From the NCBI GenBank assembly GCA_963422645.2, contig CAXXVO010000008.1, positions 608,001 to 672,000 of the forward strand: 64,000 nucleotides of DNA. Direction: 5' to 3'. Origin of the DNA: Alphaproteobacteria bacterium. GTDB taxonomy: Bacteria > Pseudomonadota > Alphaproteobacteria > UBA828. Position numbers and translations under genes: made by a program. Within the stretch, counting starts at the first letter, position 1, and each line of letters begins with the position of its first letter. This document shows positions 1 through 10,725 of the stretch, in pieces. The notes below the pieces were generated by a model. It made no database searches and had not been told where the DNA came from. It saw only the letters and a program-made list of their open reading frames with translations.

Positions 1-466
1 CCCTGGGCAGCGCCAGCAAGATCAGCCACCAAAAGATGATTTGCAGCAGCACCGGGACGTTGCGAGTAAACTCGACCCAGACCGTGACGATGCCGCTCAC
101 CAGGAAGTTGTTGGAGAGCCTGAGAACGCCTGCCACAAAGCCGATGACCGTCGCGGCGAAGACACCCATCACTGCGACGAGGATGGTGTTGAGCGCGCCG
201 ATGACGAACGCCTGCCCGTAGGTCGAGGTCGACGCGTAATCGAGAAGGCGCTGATTGATATCGAAGTTGGCAGTGTCGAAGAGGAAGCCGTAGCCGGAGG
301 AGAGGCCGGCCTCTTCGAGGTTCGTGATCGTGTTCAAGACAACGAAGGCGGCGAGGCCCACCACCCCGAGCACGATGAGAACTTGGAAGATGACGCCGCG
401 GGCGCGCTCGTCGGTCCAGGCGCGGCTTATGTCGAAGCCGCCGCCTGAGGGCGCTCTCTGGGTCAC
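1..466 (-). CDS. aapQ: General L-amino acid ABC transporter permease (AapQ/BztB-like), runs off window start
   Basis: GTG at 466 reads MTQRAPSGGGFDISRAWTDERARGVIFQV...FDISQRLLDY...GRAFVIGALNT; lies directly downstream of an aapJ-like gene. Confidence 0.8.
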   Translation of the reverse strand, partial: MTQRAPSGGGFDISRAWTDERARGVIFQVLIVLGVVGLAAFVVLNTITNLEEAGLSSGYGFLFDTANFDINQRLLDYASTSTYGQAFVIGALNTILVAVMGVFAATVIGFVAGVLRLSNNFLVSGIVTVWVEFTRNVPVLLQIIFWWLILLALPR

Positions 467-556
467 GGTGGCGCCGCCCCCCTTACATTACTAAAACAAC
501 ATAACACTACCAGAACGACATATGATGTCGGAACCATCGCCTTTTACCAGAAATAA

Positions 557-590
557 CACCGTCCCGCCCGCTTAGCCGGGCGGGACGGTG
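557..590 (-). terminator. Intergenic GC-rich hairpin after aapJ
   Basis: CACCGTCCCGCCCG-cttagc-CGGGCGGGACGGTG, 14-bp arms, followed on the - strand by TTATTT. Confidence 0.6.
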
Positions 591-601
591 CGTCGTCGAT
601 G

Positions 602-1633
602 CTAACGGATCGGAGGCGAATAGAGGATGCCGCCGTCGGTGTAGAGAGCGTTGAGACCCCGGCCCAGGCCCAGCGGGCTGCTGGCGCCGATGTGGCGATC
701 GAAGATCTCGGCGTAGTTGCCTTCCGCCGCGATGGCGCGGGCCGCCCACTGTGCGTCGAGACCCAGCATCTCACCCATCGAGCCTTCGGTGCCCAGCATC
801 CGGTTGATCTCAGGATGATCGCCTGCCGCTGCAGCCATCTCCGCCACGTTCGCCTGGTTCACGCCGAGCTCCTCGGCCGTGATCAGCGCGTTCAGGGTCC
901 AGCGTGCGATATCCGCCCACTGGTCGTCGCCCTGGCGCACCAAGGGCCCCAGCGGCTCCTTCGAGATGATCTCCGGGAACACCATGTGCTGGGACGGATC
1001 CTCGAAGGTGGTCCGTGTCGCCGCCAGACCGGAGGCGTCCGTCGTATAGACGTCGCAACGCTCTGCCTCGTAGGCCGCGCGGGCCTCGGCGTTGGTCTCG
1101 ATCGGCACCGGCTCGTAGCTGATGCCGTTGACGCGGAAGAAGTCCGCGAGGTTGAGCTCGGTGGTGGTGCCGGTCTGGATACAGACCGAGGCGCCGTCGA
1201 GCTCGGTGGCGCTGCCGATGCCGAGCGCCGTGCGGCCGATAAAGCCCTGGCCGTCATAGTAGCTGACGCCGATGAAGGTGAAGCCGAGGTCGACATCGCG
1301 CGACAAGGTCCAGGTCGTGTTGCGCGAGAGCACGTCGATCTCGCCCGACGCTAGCGCCGGGAAGCGCGTCTTGCCGGTCAGATTGACGAAGGAAATCGCG
1401 TTGGCATCGCCGAGCACGGCGGCCGCCAACGCCCGGCAGTAAGCCACGTCGAAGCCGGTCCAGTTGCCCGCGTCATCGGTGTAGGCGAAGCCCGGCAGGC
1501 CGGTGTTGATGCCGCACTTGAGCGTGCCTGCGGCCTTCACGTCGTCGAGGGTCGCTGCCTGGCTGGGCACCGCGCCCGATGCCAACAGCGCGCCGGCCAC
1601 AGCGACGGCGCCGGCAATTTTCTTGAAGCTCAT
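602..1633 (-). CDS. aapJ: General L-amino acid ABC transporter substrate-binding protein
   Basis: Signal peptide MSFKKIAGAVAV; motifs GFDVAYCRA, RNTTWTLSRD, ISKEPLGP, YSPPIR; GGAGG RBS upstream. Confidence 0.9.
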   Translation of the reverse strand: MSFKKIAGAVAVAGALLASGAVPSQAATLDDVKAAGTLKCGINTGLPGFAYTDDAGNWTGFDVAYCRALAAAVLGDANAISFVNLTGKTRFPALASGEIDVLSRNTTWTLSRDVDLGFTFIGVSYYDGQGFIGRTALGIGSATELDGASVCIQTGTTTELNLADFFRVNGISYEPVPIETNAEARAAYEAERCDVYTTDASGLAATRTTFEDPSQHMVFPEIISKEPLGPLVRQGDDQWADIARWTLNALITAEELGVNQANVAEMAAAAGDHPEINRMLGTEGSMGEMLGLDAQWAARAIAAEGNYAEIFDRHIGASSPLGLGRGLNALYTDGGILYSPPIR

Positions 1634-1744
1634 TCCGTCCTCCAGTCTCAAATGTGGTTGCCGCGCGCGCTGCCGCGAACAGCCCGCAGATACAACAGCA
1701 ATCTGCGATTGCCAACCGCCAAGCACGCGTCAAGACGCTAGTTT

Positions 1745-4257
1745 CAGACTTCCTGACCTCGTGATGCTGGCTGTTCTGGGCAGCGTGCCGGGAACTCCTT
1801 GAATTCTGATACATTTCGGTTGTTTCAGGCGGTTTTTCGCTGGGTGTCGCGCCCGAGGTCTGATAGTATAATTTGATACCAATTGCACGGTCTCAACCAT
1901 GCCCAGTACCCTCCCAATGTGCCCTCCAGAGGCGGTCTCGATCGGCAACAGCTGCTTCGCCGTCCTGATCTCGGACGACACCTTCACCTACTTTTCCAAC
2001 CTCATTCCCTTTGACAGCCACGCCGCCGATGACCGCACGGCCATGCTCTTGCGGATCGGCCGCCTCGCGGCGATCAGCGCGGTCTCGCCGCAGGAACTGG
2101 CTGACGCTTTCGCTGTCTCGCGCGCGACGGTGCAGCGCGCACGACGGCGCTACCTGGCCGAGGGCGAAGCGGGGTTCATGAAGCCCCGGCGCGGTCGCGG
2201 GCCGTCGGTGTTCACTCCGGAGTTGGCGGAGAAGGCGACGGCGTTGCTGGCATCGGGCCTGAGCGGCTCTGCGGCGGCCCGGGTTCTCGGCGTGTCAGCG
2301 CCATCGGTCAACAAGTGGCGCCGTCAGGGACTGATCGGCAACACGGAGGCGGATGGGGAGCCCGGACGCTCAGCGCTGGCTGCGCCGCCTGACGCGGGTG
2401 CGGCTCCTGAAGGCCGTGTCGATGAAGAGAGTACCGGTGCCCCGGGGCCGGAGACGGCGCCGGGGCTGGAAGCGCAGCCGCAAACGGATCGCAGCGCGCG
2501 CGATCGGCGGGACCGGCAGGCGCCGATGGGGCGTGCGACTTGCGATGTTCCGGCTCGGGTTCTGGCCAGTTGTGGACAGGCGGGGCCGGTCGAACCGCAG
2601 TTCGCCGCCGCCGCCCGCGGTGTCCGCTTCGGCGGCGTGCTCGCCGCCCTGCCGGCCCTGCTGAAGGAAGGTCTTCTCTCCGAGACCGGTCTCCTGCCAT
2701 TGCTGCCGAAGGGCTATTACGGCTTGCCTACGATCCTGCTCTTCCTGGCCTTCATGACCTTGGCGCGGGTGCGCAACCCCGAGAGCCTGCGCTACCAGGC
2801 GCCGGGCGAATGGGGCGCCATTCTCGGCCTCGATCGCTGCCCCGAGGTCAAGACGCTGCGCCGCAAGATCGCTCTCATCGCCGACGACGAGGCCGGCGTG
2901 CGGGCGTGGCAGCTCGCCCTTGCCAGGCGCTGGCAGGCGCCGACGAGCCGGAGCTCTGGGCGACGCTGGCCATCGACGGGCACGTCAAGGTCTACTCCGG
3001 CCGCAAGGGGCGCTTGCCCAAGCACTTCGTCTCGCGCGAGAAGCTGTGCCTGCCGGCGAGCGCCAGCTACTGGATCAACGCTCTGGGCGGCAAGCCGCTG
3101 CTCTGTCTGCACAAGCCGCTGGACCCGAAGATGGTCGCGGCCATCGAAGCCGACGTGGTGCCGGCGCTGCAGGAGCTTGGGATCGTTGGCGCCGGGGCGC
3201 CGGACCTGACCGCCGAGCATCCCGGCCAGCCGGCGCTCACCCTGGTCTTCGACCGCGAGGGCTGGAGCCCGGATCTGTTCCGCCGGCTGGCGAGGCGCGG
3301 CGTCGCCTGCCTGACCTGGCACAAGAACTTCAGGGGCGAGGACTGGCCGGCCGAGGACTTCGGCGCGATGACCGTTCCCATTCACGGACCGGCGGCGGAC
3401 GGCAGCGCCACCATGCGGCTGGCTGAGAAGCCGGTGACGTTGCCGAACGGCTTCAGGGTGCGCCAGATCCGCCGCCTGCTCGACAACGGCCGTCAGGTGC
3501 CGCTGATCACCACCGATCCGCACAAGCCGATGGCTGAGGTTGCGGGCGCCATGTTCTCGCGCTGGTCGCAGGAGAACTTCTTCAAGTACATGCGTGACGA
3601 GTTCAATCTCGACGCCCTGCCGACCCACGAGCTCGAGCCTCTCGATCCCGCCGCCATGGTCGTCAACCCGCTGCGGCGGGCCTATGACAAGGCAATCCAT
3701 CGCCTCGACCGCCAGCTTGGCCGCCTGCGCAACCGCATCGCCGACACGGCCCGGAAGAAGCAGCCGACGGCGGAACTCAGGAGGGAAGTCAGGGACCTCC
3801 AGGATGTCCGCGACATCGTCAGGGCCAGCCGCAGGGAGACGCCCAAGCACTGCCGGGCCGGCGACCTCGACGAAGCCGAGCAGCTCGATGCCTTGCCCGC
3901 GCGCGAGCGCCTCCTCCTCGACGTCATCCGGATGATCGCCTACCGCGCCGAAACCCGCATGATGCTTCCCGTCATGCAGGCGCAGGGCCACAAGCCCCAT
4001 CCCCGGAAACTGCTTCAAGCGCTGCTCACCGCCGATGCCGACATCCTGCCGGATCCTGGCAATGGCCTCCTGCGGGTCCACATTCTTGGCCTCGCAAACG
4101 ACGCCTGCGACCGTTGGATCGATGCGGTTCTGAGCGACCTGAACGCCACCGAAACGGTCTTCCCCGGCACCCGTCTGCGCATAGTCTACGACATCGACGG
4201 GGCCTCGGAATCCGCGCGGCTCGTGTCACCTAAAATCAGCAGAGGTCAGGAAGTCTG
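1745..4257 (+). mobile_element. IS-A copy 1 (2.5-kb DDE insertion sequence), both ends present
   Basis: 16-bp perfect IR CAGACTTCCTGACCTC; direct repeat AGTTT at 1740-1744 and 4258-4262. Confidence 0.95.
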
Positions 4258-4258
4258 A
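1899..4258 (+). pseudogene. IS-A transposase (HTH + DDE, ~786 aa when intact), -1 frameshift near 2935
   Basis: Motifs LAIDGH, VFDREG, RWSQENFFK; GGCAGGCGCC here versus in-frame GGCAAGGCGCC in copy 4. Confidence 0.85.
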
Positions 4259-4402
4259 GTTTTCGATTCCAGTTTCGCTTCGCCATATGATGTTCTTCAA
4301 TCGTGCTTGACAGGCGTGGGGGCCGGATACACGCTGCGGGGTACCGTGATGCATGATGCTGCAATGTGCTGCAGAGCCACTTAGACCAGTCGGAGGAGAT
4401 CC

Positions 4403-4600
4403 GTGGCAGCGAATTTCCGAGTGACTGTCAATCTGGAGGAACCCGAATATGCGGTGCTTTCGGCTCTGTCCGGCAAGCACCGGCTATCCCTTGCTTGGCT
4501 GGGGCGCCAAGCGATCATCGAGTTCCTCGAACGACACGAAGAACAGGAACTACAGCTGCCGCTGACCCTATCGTCGGAGAGTCGCTCGGTAAATGGTTGA
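4403..4600 (+). CDS. Small ribbon-helix-helix regulator, likely controller of the R-M operon
   Basis: RVTVNL beta-strand followed by two helices (SLAWLGRQAIIEFL); GGAGGAG RBS; overlaps the MTase start. Confidence 0.7.
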   Translation: MAANFRVTVNLEEPEYAVLSALSGKHRLSLAWLGRQAIIEFLERHEEQELQLPLTLSSESRSVNG

Positions 4601-6428
4601 GGCAGAAACACGAAGCGGTGTGACGACGGAGCCAAGTATTCGCGAAGGCGAGGACGCGGCGCCGTCGCCGTCAGCACAGGCGTGTGTTGAGGAGGGTTCC
4701 CTTCGCCTCTGCGCACTGACGTCGTCGGTAGAGCCGGAAGATCGGATAGGTTTCGCGCGGGCGGCGGTCTTTTCCGCGGTCTCGGCATTTTGGCGGCGGT
4801 GGCAGGAGGCGGCGGGTCGAGATCGGTCGCTGTTCGAGCTACCCGTAGACAATGGATTTCCGTCGATCGCGAAGGAAGCTAGGGATTCGGCGGAGAGAGT
4901 AGGCTGTGCTGCTGCAAAGCTGGATGTGGCGGATGCGAGCTACGCGATCGGCGTTTTGTACACCTCGATGATGCCCGACGGAATGCGGGCTCGACACGGT
5001 GCCTATTACACGCCGCCGGCGCTTTGCGAAGCTCTGTTGGACATGGCCACTGAAGCCGGAGTCGACTGGAGGTCCGCGCGAGTGCTGGATCCGGCGTGTG
5101 GCGGAGGCGCATTCCTGTCGCCTGTAGCCCAGCGCATGGTGGAGAGTCTGAGTGACTGGGACAGCGCGAGGAGCGTATTGGAGAACATACAGAGTCGTTT
5201 GCGCGGCTTCGAGTTGGATCCGTTCGCTGCATGGATGTCGCAGGTGTTTGTCGAGGCGACGCTAGACGATCTGTGCGATAGGGCGGGCGCACGGCTAAGT
5301 CCGTTGGTGCTAGTCTGCGATAGCTTGGAACAAGTGCCCCGAGGCACCGAATATGACCTGGTGGTCGGCAATCCGCCTTACGGTCGGGTCAGGCTTTCAC
5401 CACAGTTACGCGCCAAATTCCAGCGAAGTCTGTTCGGCCATGCGAATCTGTACGGTGTGTTCACCGATCTGGCGCTTCGTTTCGCGCGGGCGGGCGGAGT
5501 GATCGCATATGTGACGCCTACAAGCTTCCTGTCTGGAGAGTACTTCAAAGCATTGCGGGGCCTGCTGGGACAGGAAGCGGCTCCGGTGAGTATTGAATTT
5601 GTCGCTAGGCGCAAGGGCGTCTTCGCGGACGTGCTTCAGGAAACGCTGCTGGCAACCTACAAGCGGGGTACCAGGTCGCGTGTGGGGAGTGTCCATTTCA
5701 TTTCCACCGCGAGAGACGGTTCGGTTGTGAGGACGGCAGCCGGTCCATTCAACTTGCCCGAAGACCCGGTCCAGCCTTGGCTAATGGCGAGAACGGAAGC
5801 GCAAAGCATACTGGCGAGTAGGGTTGACGAAATGCCTGGTAGGCTCGTCGACTATGGCTACACAGTCAAAACGGGACCGCTGGTGTGGAATCGGCATAAG
5901 CCGAGCTTGCGGGACCGGCCTGGGAAGGGTCGCTATCCGCTGATCTGGGCAGAGTCCGTGCGACCAGACGGAGTGTTTTCGTTCAGGGCTGAGAAACGAA
6001 ATCACAAGCCGTACTTCGAGCCAAAGGACAAAGAGAAGTGGGTGGTAACTAAAGCCCCGTGCGTGCTGCTGCAAAGAACAACGGCGAAAGAGCAATGTCG
6101 GCGGCTGATTGCGGCGGAATTGCCGCCGGCGTTTATCGTGGAGCACGGCGCGGTTGTGATCGAGAACCACCTGAACATGATTAAGCCGCTCAATGGCACC
6201 CCACGGGTGACGCCCGCGGCAGTGGCCGTCCTGTTGAACAGCGATGTGGTCGATCAAGTGTTCCGATGCATCAATGGAAGCGTCGCGGTTTCGGCCTATG
6301 AGCTGGAAGCCTTGCCCCTTCCCCCACCGGAGGACATGGGGGAGATCGAGCAGTTGGTGAGCATGCGAGCAAGCCGTCTGACGCTGGAGCGCGCAGTAAA
6401 TCGCCTATACTGCCGCGAGGCGGGGTGA
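4593..6428 (+). CDS. N6-adenine DNA methyltransferase (M.PstI/BsuBI, Eco57I-like gamma class)
   Basis: GAYYTP, VLDPACGGGAF (motif I), VGNPPY (motif IV), C-terminal target-recognition region. Confidence 0.92.
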   Translation: MVEAETRSGVTTEPSIREGEDAAPSPSAQACVEEGSLRLCALTSSVEPEDRIGFARAAVFSAVSAFWRRWQEAAGRDRSLFELPVDNGFPSIAKEARDSAERVGCAAAKLDVADASYAIGVLYTSMMPDGMRARHGAYYTPPALCEALLDMATEAGVDWRSARVLDPACGGGAFLSPVAQRMVESLSDWDSARSVLENIQSRLRGFELDPFAAWMSQVFVEATLDDLCDRAGARLSPLVLVCDSLEQVPRGTEYDLVVGNPPYGRVRLSPQLRAKFQRSLFGHANLYGVFTDLALRFARAGGVIAYVTPTSFLSGEYFKALRGLLGQEAAPVSIEFVARRKGVFADVLQETLLATYKRGTRSRVGSVHFISTARDGSVVRTAAGPFNLPEDPVQPWLMARTEAQSILASRVDEMPGRLVDYGYTVKTGPLVWNRHKPSLRDRPGKGRYPLIWAESVRPDGVFSFRAEKRNHKPYFEPKDKEKWVVTKAPCVLLQRTTAKEQCRRLIAAELPPAFIVEHGAVVIENHLNMIKPLNGTPRVTPAAVAVLLNSDVVDQVFRCINGSVAVSAYELEALPLPPPEDMGEIEQLVSMRASRLTLERAVNRLYCREAG

Positions 6429-7513
6429 TGCCCCTACCTCCTCTACTACCAGTTCCTGACATCCACGAACGCCTGCAGACGATCTTTCCAGAGGGAACGG
6501 CGAACCGAAACTATGTCACCCGAGAGATCGCAGCCAAGACGATCTTTGTCATGATGTATGTTGGGGCGGTGGATGGAGAGGAGTGTTGGCTGCGTCCCGA
6601 CCAAGTGACGCGGATGTCCGACGCACAGGCAGCATTAGCAGACGACCAGGATCGCAGAGCCTGGTTGGGTGCATCGATGCGCCCGGCAGCAGGTCATATC
6701 GATGGCAGGTGGTACGCCACGAACACGCGCGAACCGATCCGCGATGAGACGCTGCGAGAGGGTCTCGTGCGCCTGGGCGCAGTGATCGAAAGGGAAGGAT
6801 TGGCAACGACGTCACCCCTACCGCGGTATGCACTGGCGTCGGAATTTATGGGGCTGTTCGATCCTGGTCTAACTGGACAGGAGTTGAGTACATGCATCGA
6901 GGAATGGCAGGCAGCGAACCTATCCGGGGGTGCACTGGCCCGAGTGGCGATCATGCGCCGCGGAGCAGTTGCCCGTGAGGGACGAATTCTCGTGACGTTC
7001 CCGAACGGGGAGACACGGAACATGGAGCCTGGGCCGAGTTCGGTGATATCCAAGGCGGTCGTCGAAGAGTTTGCGTCTCGGTTCCTCAGTCAACCGGGGG
7101 TTGTCTGGCTGAGTGAGAGCCGAAACCAGGTGGTGGCACGAGACGACGACTTGGCAAAGGACATAGGCCTGGCGATCGAACCGGACAGGAATTTGCCGGA
7201 CTTGATCCTGGTAGACCTAGGGCCGGTCGAGCCGCTCTTGGTGTTTGCGGAGGTGGTGGCAACGGCAGGGCCGGTTAATGAAGCGCGGCAAGCAGCGTTG
7301 ATGGTCATCGCGACCGAGGCGGGATTCGGCGAAGGTCAAGTTGCATTCCTGACAGCCTATGCAGACCGCGACCATGCGGCGTTCAAGGCCTCTGTAAGTG
7401 AACTGGCCTGGCGATCATTTGCTTGGTTCATGTCGGAACCGGATCACATCGTGGTCTTGCACCGGGGCGGTGATGCAGAGCGCGCGCGCCTGTCGGACCT
7501 GATGAGAATGTAG
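6425..7513 (+). CDS. BsuBI/PstI-family type II restriction endonuclease
   Basis: YATNTREPIRDE and LPDLILVD...AEVVATAGPVNEAR...LTAYADR match the BsuBI/PstI pattern; GTGA overlap with the MTase. Confidence 0.85.
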   Translation: MMPLPPLLPVPDIHERLQTIFPEGTANRNYVTREIAAKTIFVMMYVGAVDGEECWLRPDQVTRMSDAQAALADDQDRRAWLGASMRPAAGHIDGRWYATNTREPIRDETLREGLVRLGAVIEREGLATTSPLPRYALASEFMGLFDPGLTGQELSTCIEEWQAANLSGGALARVAIMRRGAVAREGRILVTFPNGETRNMEPGPSSVISKAVVEEFASRFLSQPGVVWLSESRNQVVARDDDLAKDIGLAIEPDRNLPDLILVDLGPVEPLLVFAEVVATAGPVNEARQAALMVIATEAGFGEGQVAFLTAYADRDHAAFKASVSELAWRSFAWFMSEPDHIVVLHRGGDAERARLSDLMRM

Positions 7514-7604
7514 TGGGCAGTGCCGCAGCTGCGAGTGGCCAAAGAAACGTTGCTGAGGAATCTTGTGCGGGCTGGCTAGAAAAGCAGCTCGTGCAGGCTA
7601 AGCT

Positions 7605-9232
7605 CAGACTTCCTGACCTCGTGATGCTGGCTGTTCTGGGCAGCGTGCCGGGAACTCCTTGAATTCTGATACATTTCGGTTGTTTCAGGCGGTTTTTCGC
7701 TGGGTGTCGCGCCCGAGGTCTGATATTATAATTTGATACCAATTGCACGGTCTCAACCATGCCCAGTACCCTCCCAATGTGCCCTCCAGAGGCGGTCTCG
7801 ATCGGCAACAGCTGCTTCGCCGTCCTGATCTCGGACGACACCTTCACCTACTTTTCCAACCTCATTCCCTTTGACAGCCACGCCGCCGATGACCGCACGG
7901 CCATGCTCTTGCGGATCGGCCGCCTCGCGGCGATCAGCGCGGTCTCGCCGCAGGAACTGGCTGACGCTTTCGCTGTCTCGCGCGCGACGGTGCAGCGCGC
8001 ACGACGGCGCTACCTGGCCGAGGGCGAAGCGGGGTTCATGAAGCCCCGGCGCGGTCGCGGGCCGTCGGTGTTCACTCCGGAGTTGGCGGAGAAGGCGACG
8101 GCGTTGCTGGCATCGGGCCTGAGCGGCTCTGCGGCGGCCCGGGTTCTCGGCGTGTCAGCGCCATCGGTCAACAAGTGGCGCCGTCAGGGACTGATCGGCA
8201 ACACGGAGGCGGATGGGGAGCCCGGACGCTCAGCGCTGGCTGCGCCGCCTGACGCGGGTGCGGCTCCTGAAGGCCGTGTCGATGAAGAGAGTACCGGTGC
8301 CCCGGGGCCGGAGACGGCGCCGGGGCTGGAAGCGCAGCCGCAAACGGATCGCAGCGCGCGCGATCGGCGGGACCGGCAGGCGCCGATGGGGCGTGCGACT
8401 TGCGATGTTCCGGCTCGGGTTCTGGCCAGTTGTGGACAGGCGGGGCCGGTCGAACCGCAGTTCGCCGCCGCCGCCCGCGGTGTCCGCTTCGGCGGCGTGC
8501 TCGCCGCCCTGCCGGCCCTGCTGAAGGAAGGTCTTCTCTCCGAGACCGGTCTCCTGCCATTGCTGCCGAAGGGCTATTACGGCTTGCCTACGATCCTGCT
8601 CTTCCTGGCCTTCATGACCTTGGCGCGGGTGCGCAACCCCGAGAGCCTGCGCTACCAGGCGCCGGGCGAATGGGGCGCCATTCTCGGCCTCGATCGCTGC
8701 CCCGAGGTCAAGACGCTGCGCCGCAAGATCGCTCTCATCGCCGACGACGAGGCCGGCGTGCGGGCGTGGCAGCTCGCCCTTGCCAGGCGCTGGCAAGGCC
8801 GACGAGCCGGAGCTCTGGGCGACGCTGGCCATCGACGGGCACGTCAAGGTCTACTCCGGCCGCAAGGGGCGCTTGCCCAAGCACTTCGTCTCGCGCGAGA
8901 AGCTGTGCCTGCCGGCGAGCGCCAGCTACTGGATCAACGCTCTGGGCGGCAAGCCGCTGCTCTGTCTGCACAAGCCGCTGGACCCGAAGATGGTCGCGGC
9001 CATCGAAGCCGACGTGGTGCCGGCGCTGCAGGAGCTTGGGATCGTTGGCGCCGGGGCGCCGGACCTGACCGCCGAGCATCCCGGCCAGCCGGCGCTCACC
9101 CTGGTCTTCGACCGCGAGGGCTGGAGCCCGGATCTGTTCCGCCGGCTGGCGAGGCGCGGCGTCGCCTGCCTGACCTGGCACAAGAACTTCAGGGGCGAGG
9201 ACTGGCCGGCCGAGGACTTCGGCGCGATGACC
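7605..9232 (+). mobile_element. IS-A copy 2, 3'-truncated, -2 frameshift near 8797
   Basis: Left IR at 7605 preceded by AAGCT; identity to copy 1 ends at ...GCGATGACC 9232. Confidence 0.93.
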
Positions 9233-9443
9233 CTCACGCGCTGTCACCGCCCTTCGCCCTCTGCACATTGACGGTGCGGGACCTGCGTGTGACTGTGGCG
9301 CGAGAATATCTTGGCCGATGGGAGACCAGCGCTGACTGGACTGAGCCAGGAACTGTGAACGGATAGTCGCAACTGAGCGTGCCTGCGAGGGGTATCGAGA
9401 TAAGCGTAGAGGGCCGCGCTGCTCGGGAGGCACCCGGTGGTGG

Positions 9444-9950
9444 GTGCGAATCCGGCGTCCAAGGGGCAGGGGTGAGGCGGTCGAAAGGAAGGGGCCGTGG
9501 ATCAGGAAGTTGTTTGGTGGATCGTGCTGGATTCGAGCCTTGTTCCCTGATCAGCCTCTAGAATTCGTCGTATACGGGACGGCCGTGAGCCATCAGGCCA
9601 AGAGGCCTGCATCACGCGAGCGCTGGCGGGGAATGGTGCGAGATGCTGCGAGGGAGGAACTGCCTGATGTGCATTTTGCAGTAGAGGAGCCCGTGGCCGT
9701 AACGATCTACTTCTTTCCGCAGGCCGAGATGCAAGCGGATATTGACAATTGCGCGAAGCCAATCCTCGACGCGATGGGTAGTTTCGTTTACATAGACGAC
9801 AAACAAGTCGAGCGTATTGTAATGCAGAAATTCGAGGCGGAGCGACCTATGGAAGTCAGGGACGAACCCACTCCATTTCTTGCGACGGCGCTCGGTGCAG
9901 TAGTCCCGGTAGTTTATATTAAGGTTGGTACCGACCTCCGCGGGGAATGA
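9444..9950 (+). CDS. RusA-family Holliday junction resolvase-like nuclease (start uncertain, possibly TTG 9539)
   Basis: DIDNCAKPILDAM...YIDDKQV catalytic signature. Confidence 0.8.
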   Translation: MRIRRPRGRGEAVERKGPWIRKLFGGSCWIRALFPDQPLEFVVYGTAVSHQAKRPASRERWRGMVRDAAREELPDVHFAVEEPVAVTIYFFPQAEMQADIDNCAKPILDAMGSFVYIDDKQVERIVMQKFEAERPMEVRDEPTPFLATALGAVVPVVYIKVGTDLRGE

Positions 9951-9954
9951 CTAA

Positions 9955-10596
9955 ATGAGCTTGTCCATGTCCGACGCCGAGCGGATTACGCTAGACAGGG
10001 TGGTGCCTCTATTGCGCGCCGAGGGTTACGAAGTTATCTCTGATCCCGGTCCGGACGATTTGCCGCCATTCCTGGGTGAATCGCACCCCGACGCTATCGC
10101 GATTGGTAAGCGTCCGTCGCTACTCGTTGAGGTATTTCGAAAGGAAGGAAGTAGAGAATTAAAAAAAGTGCATGAACTTCGCTCGCTTCTGGCTGATCAC
10201 GATGATTGGGAGCTGCGCGTATTCTATTTCTCATCGCTTGAGCCAACCCTCCATCCGGTAGCTGATGTTGCAACTGCAGAAGCGATTCAAGCGGCACGGA
10301 ACGTTTCCGAAATAGAACCTCGTGCGGCCATGCTATTTGCTTGGTCGATACTGGAAGCCGTGGCTAGAGACAAGATTGAAACGGCCGGAACACGGCCCCT
10401 GAATCCCAGTGCGCTAGTCAATTTGTTGGCAGGCGAAGGAATTGTGGATCAGAACCAGGCAAGTAGAATGTTCGAGCTTGCCAAAGTGCGATCCCAGGTG
10501 GCACATGGTCAAATCGATTTTGTGGCGATGGCGGAAGATGTCTTATGGATATTATCCATAGCAGAGCAAGTGGCAATCGATGAGGATCAGACATAA
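9955..10596 (+). CDS. REase_AHJR-like PD-(D/E)xK domain plus C-terminal HEPN-like domain
   Basis: EGYEV...PDAIA...VEV N-terminal module; AWSILEAVAR...RSQVAHG (Rx4H) C-terminal module. Confidence 0.65.
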   Translation: MSLSMSDAERITLDRVVPLLRAEGYEVISDPGPDDLPPFLGESHPDAIAIGKRPSLLVEVFRKEGSRELKKVHELRSLLADHDDWELRVFYFSSLEPTLHPVADVATAEAIQAARNVSEIEPRAAMLFAWSILEAVARDKIETAGTRPLNPSALVNLLAGEGIVDQNQASRMFELAKVRSQVAHGQIDFVAMAEDVLWILSIAEQVAIDEDQT

Positions 10597-10725
10597 TTCG
10601 GCATTTCAATTGTGAGCAATTGATAGAGCGACGTACCTAACATTTTCGGGGAGTATACTTGGGCGCATCGACCGATGGTCGTTATTCTGCATTTTGTCAC
10701 GGGGTGCTGTGCAGGACGGTAATTT

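Noticed and set aside
1695-1715. Sigma-54 promoter of aapJ
   Set aside because: TGGCA...TTGC is present on the - strand, but the GG-to-GC spacing is 12 nt rather than 10
2930-2945. Programmed ribosomal frameshift in IS-A
   Set aside because: No slippery heptamer; copies differ by -1 and -2; copy 4 is fully in frame
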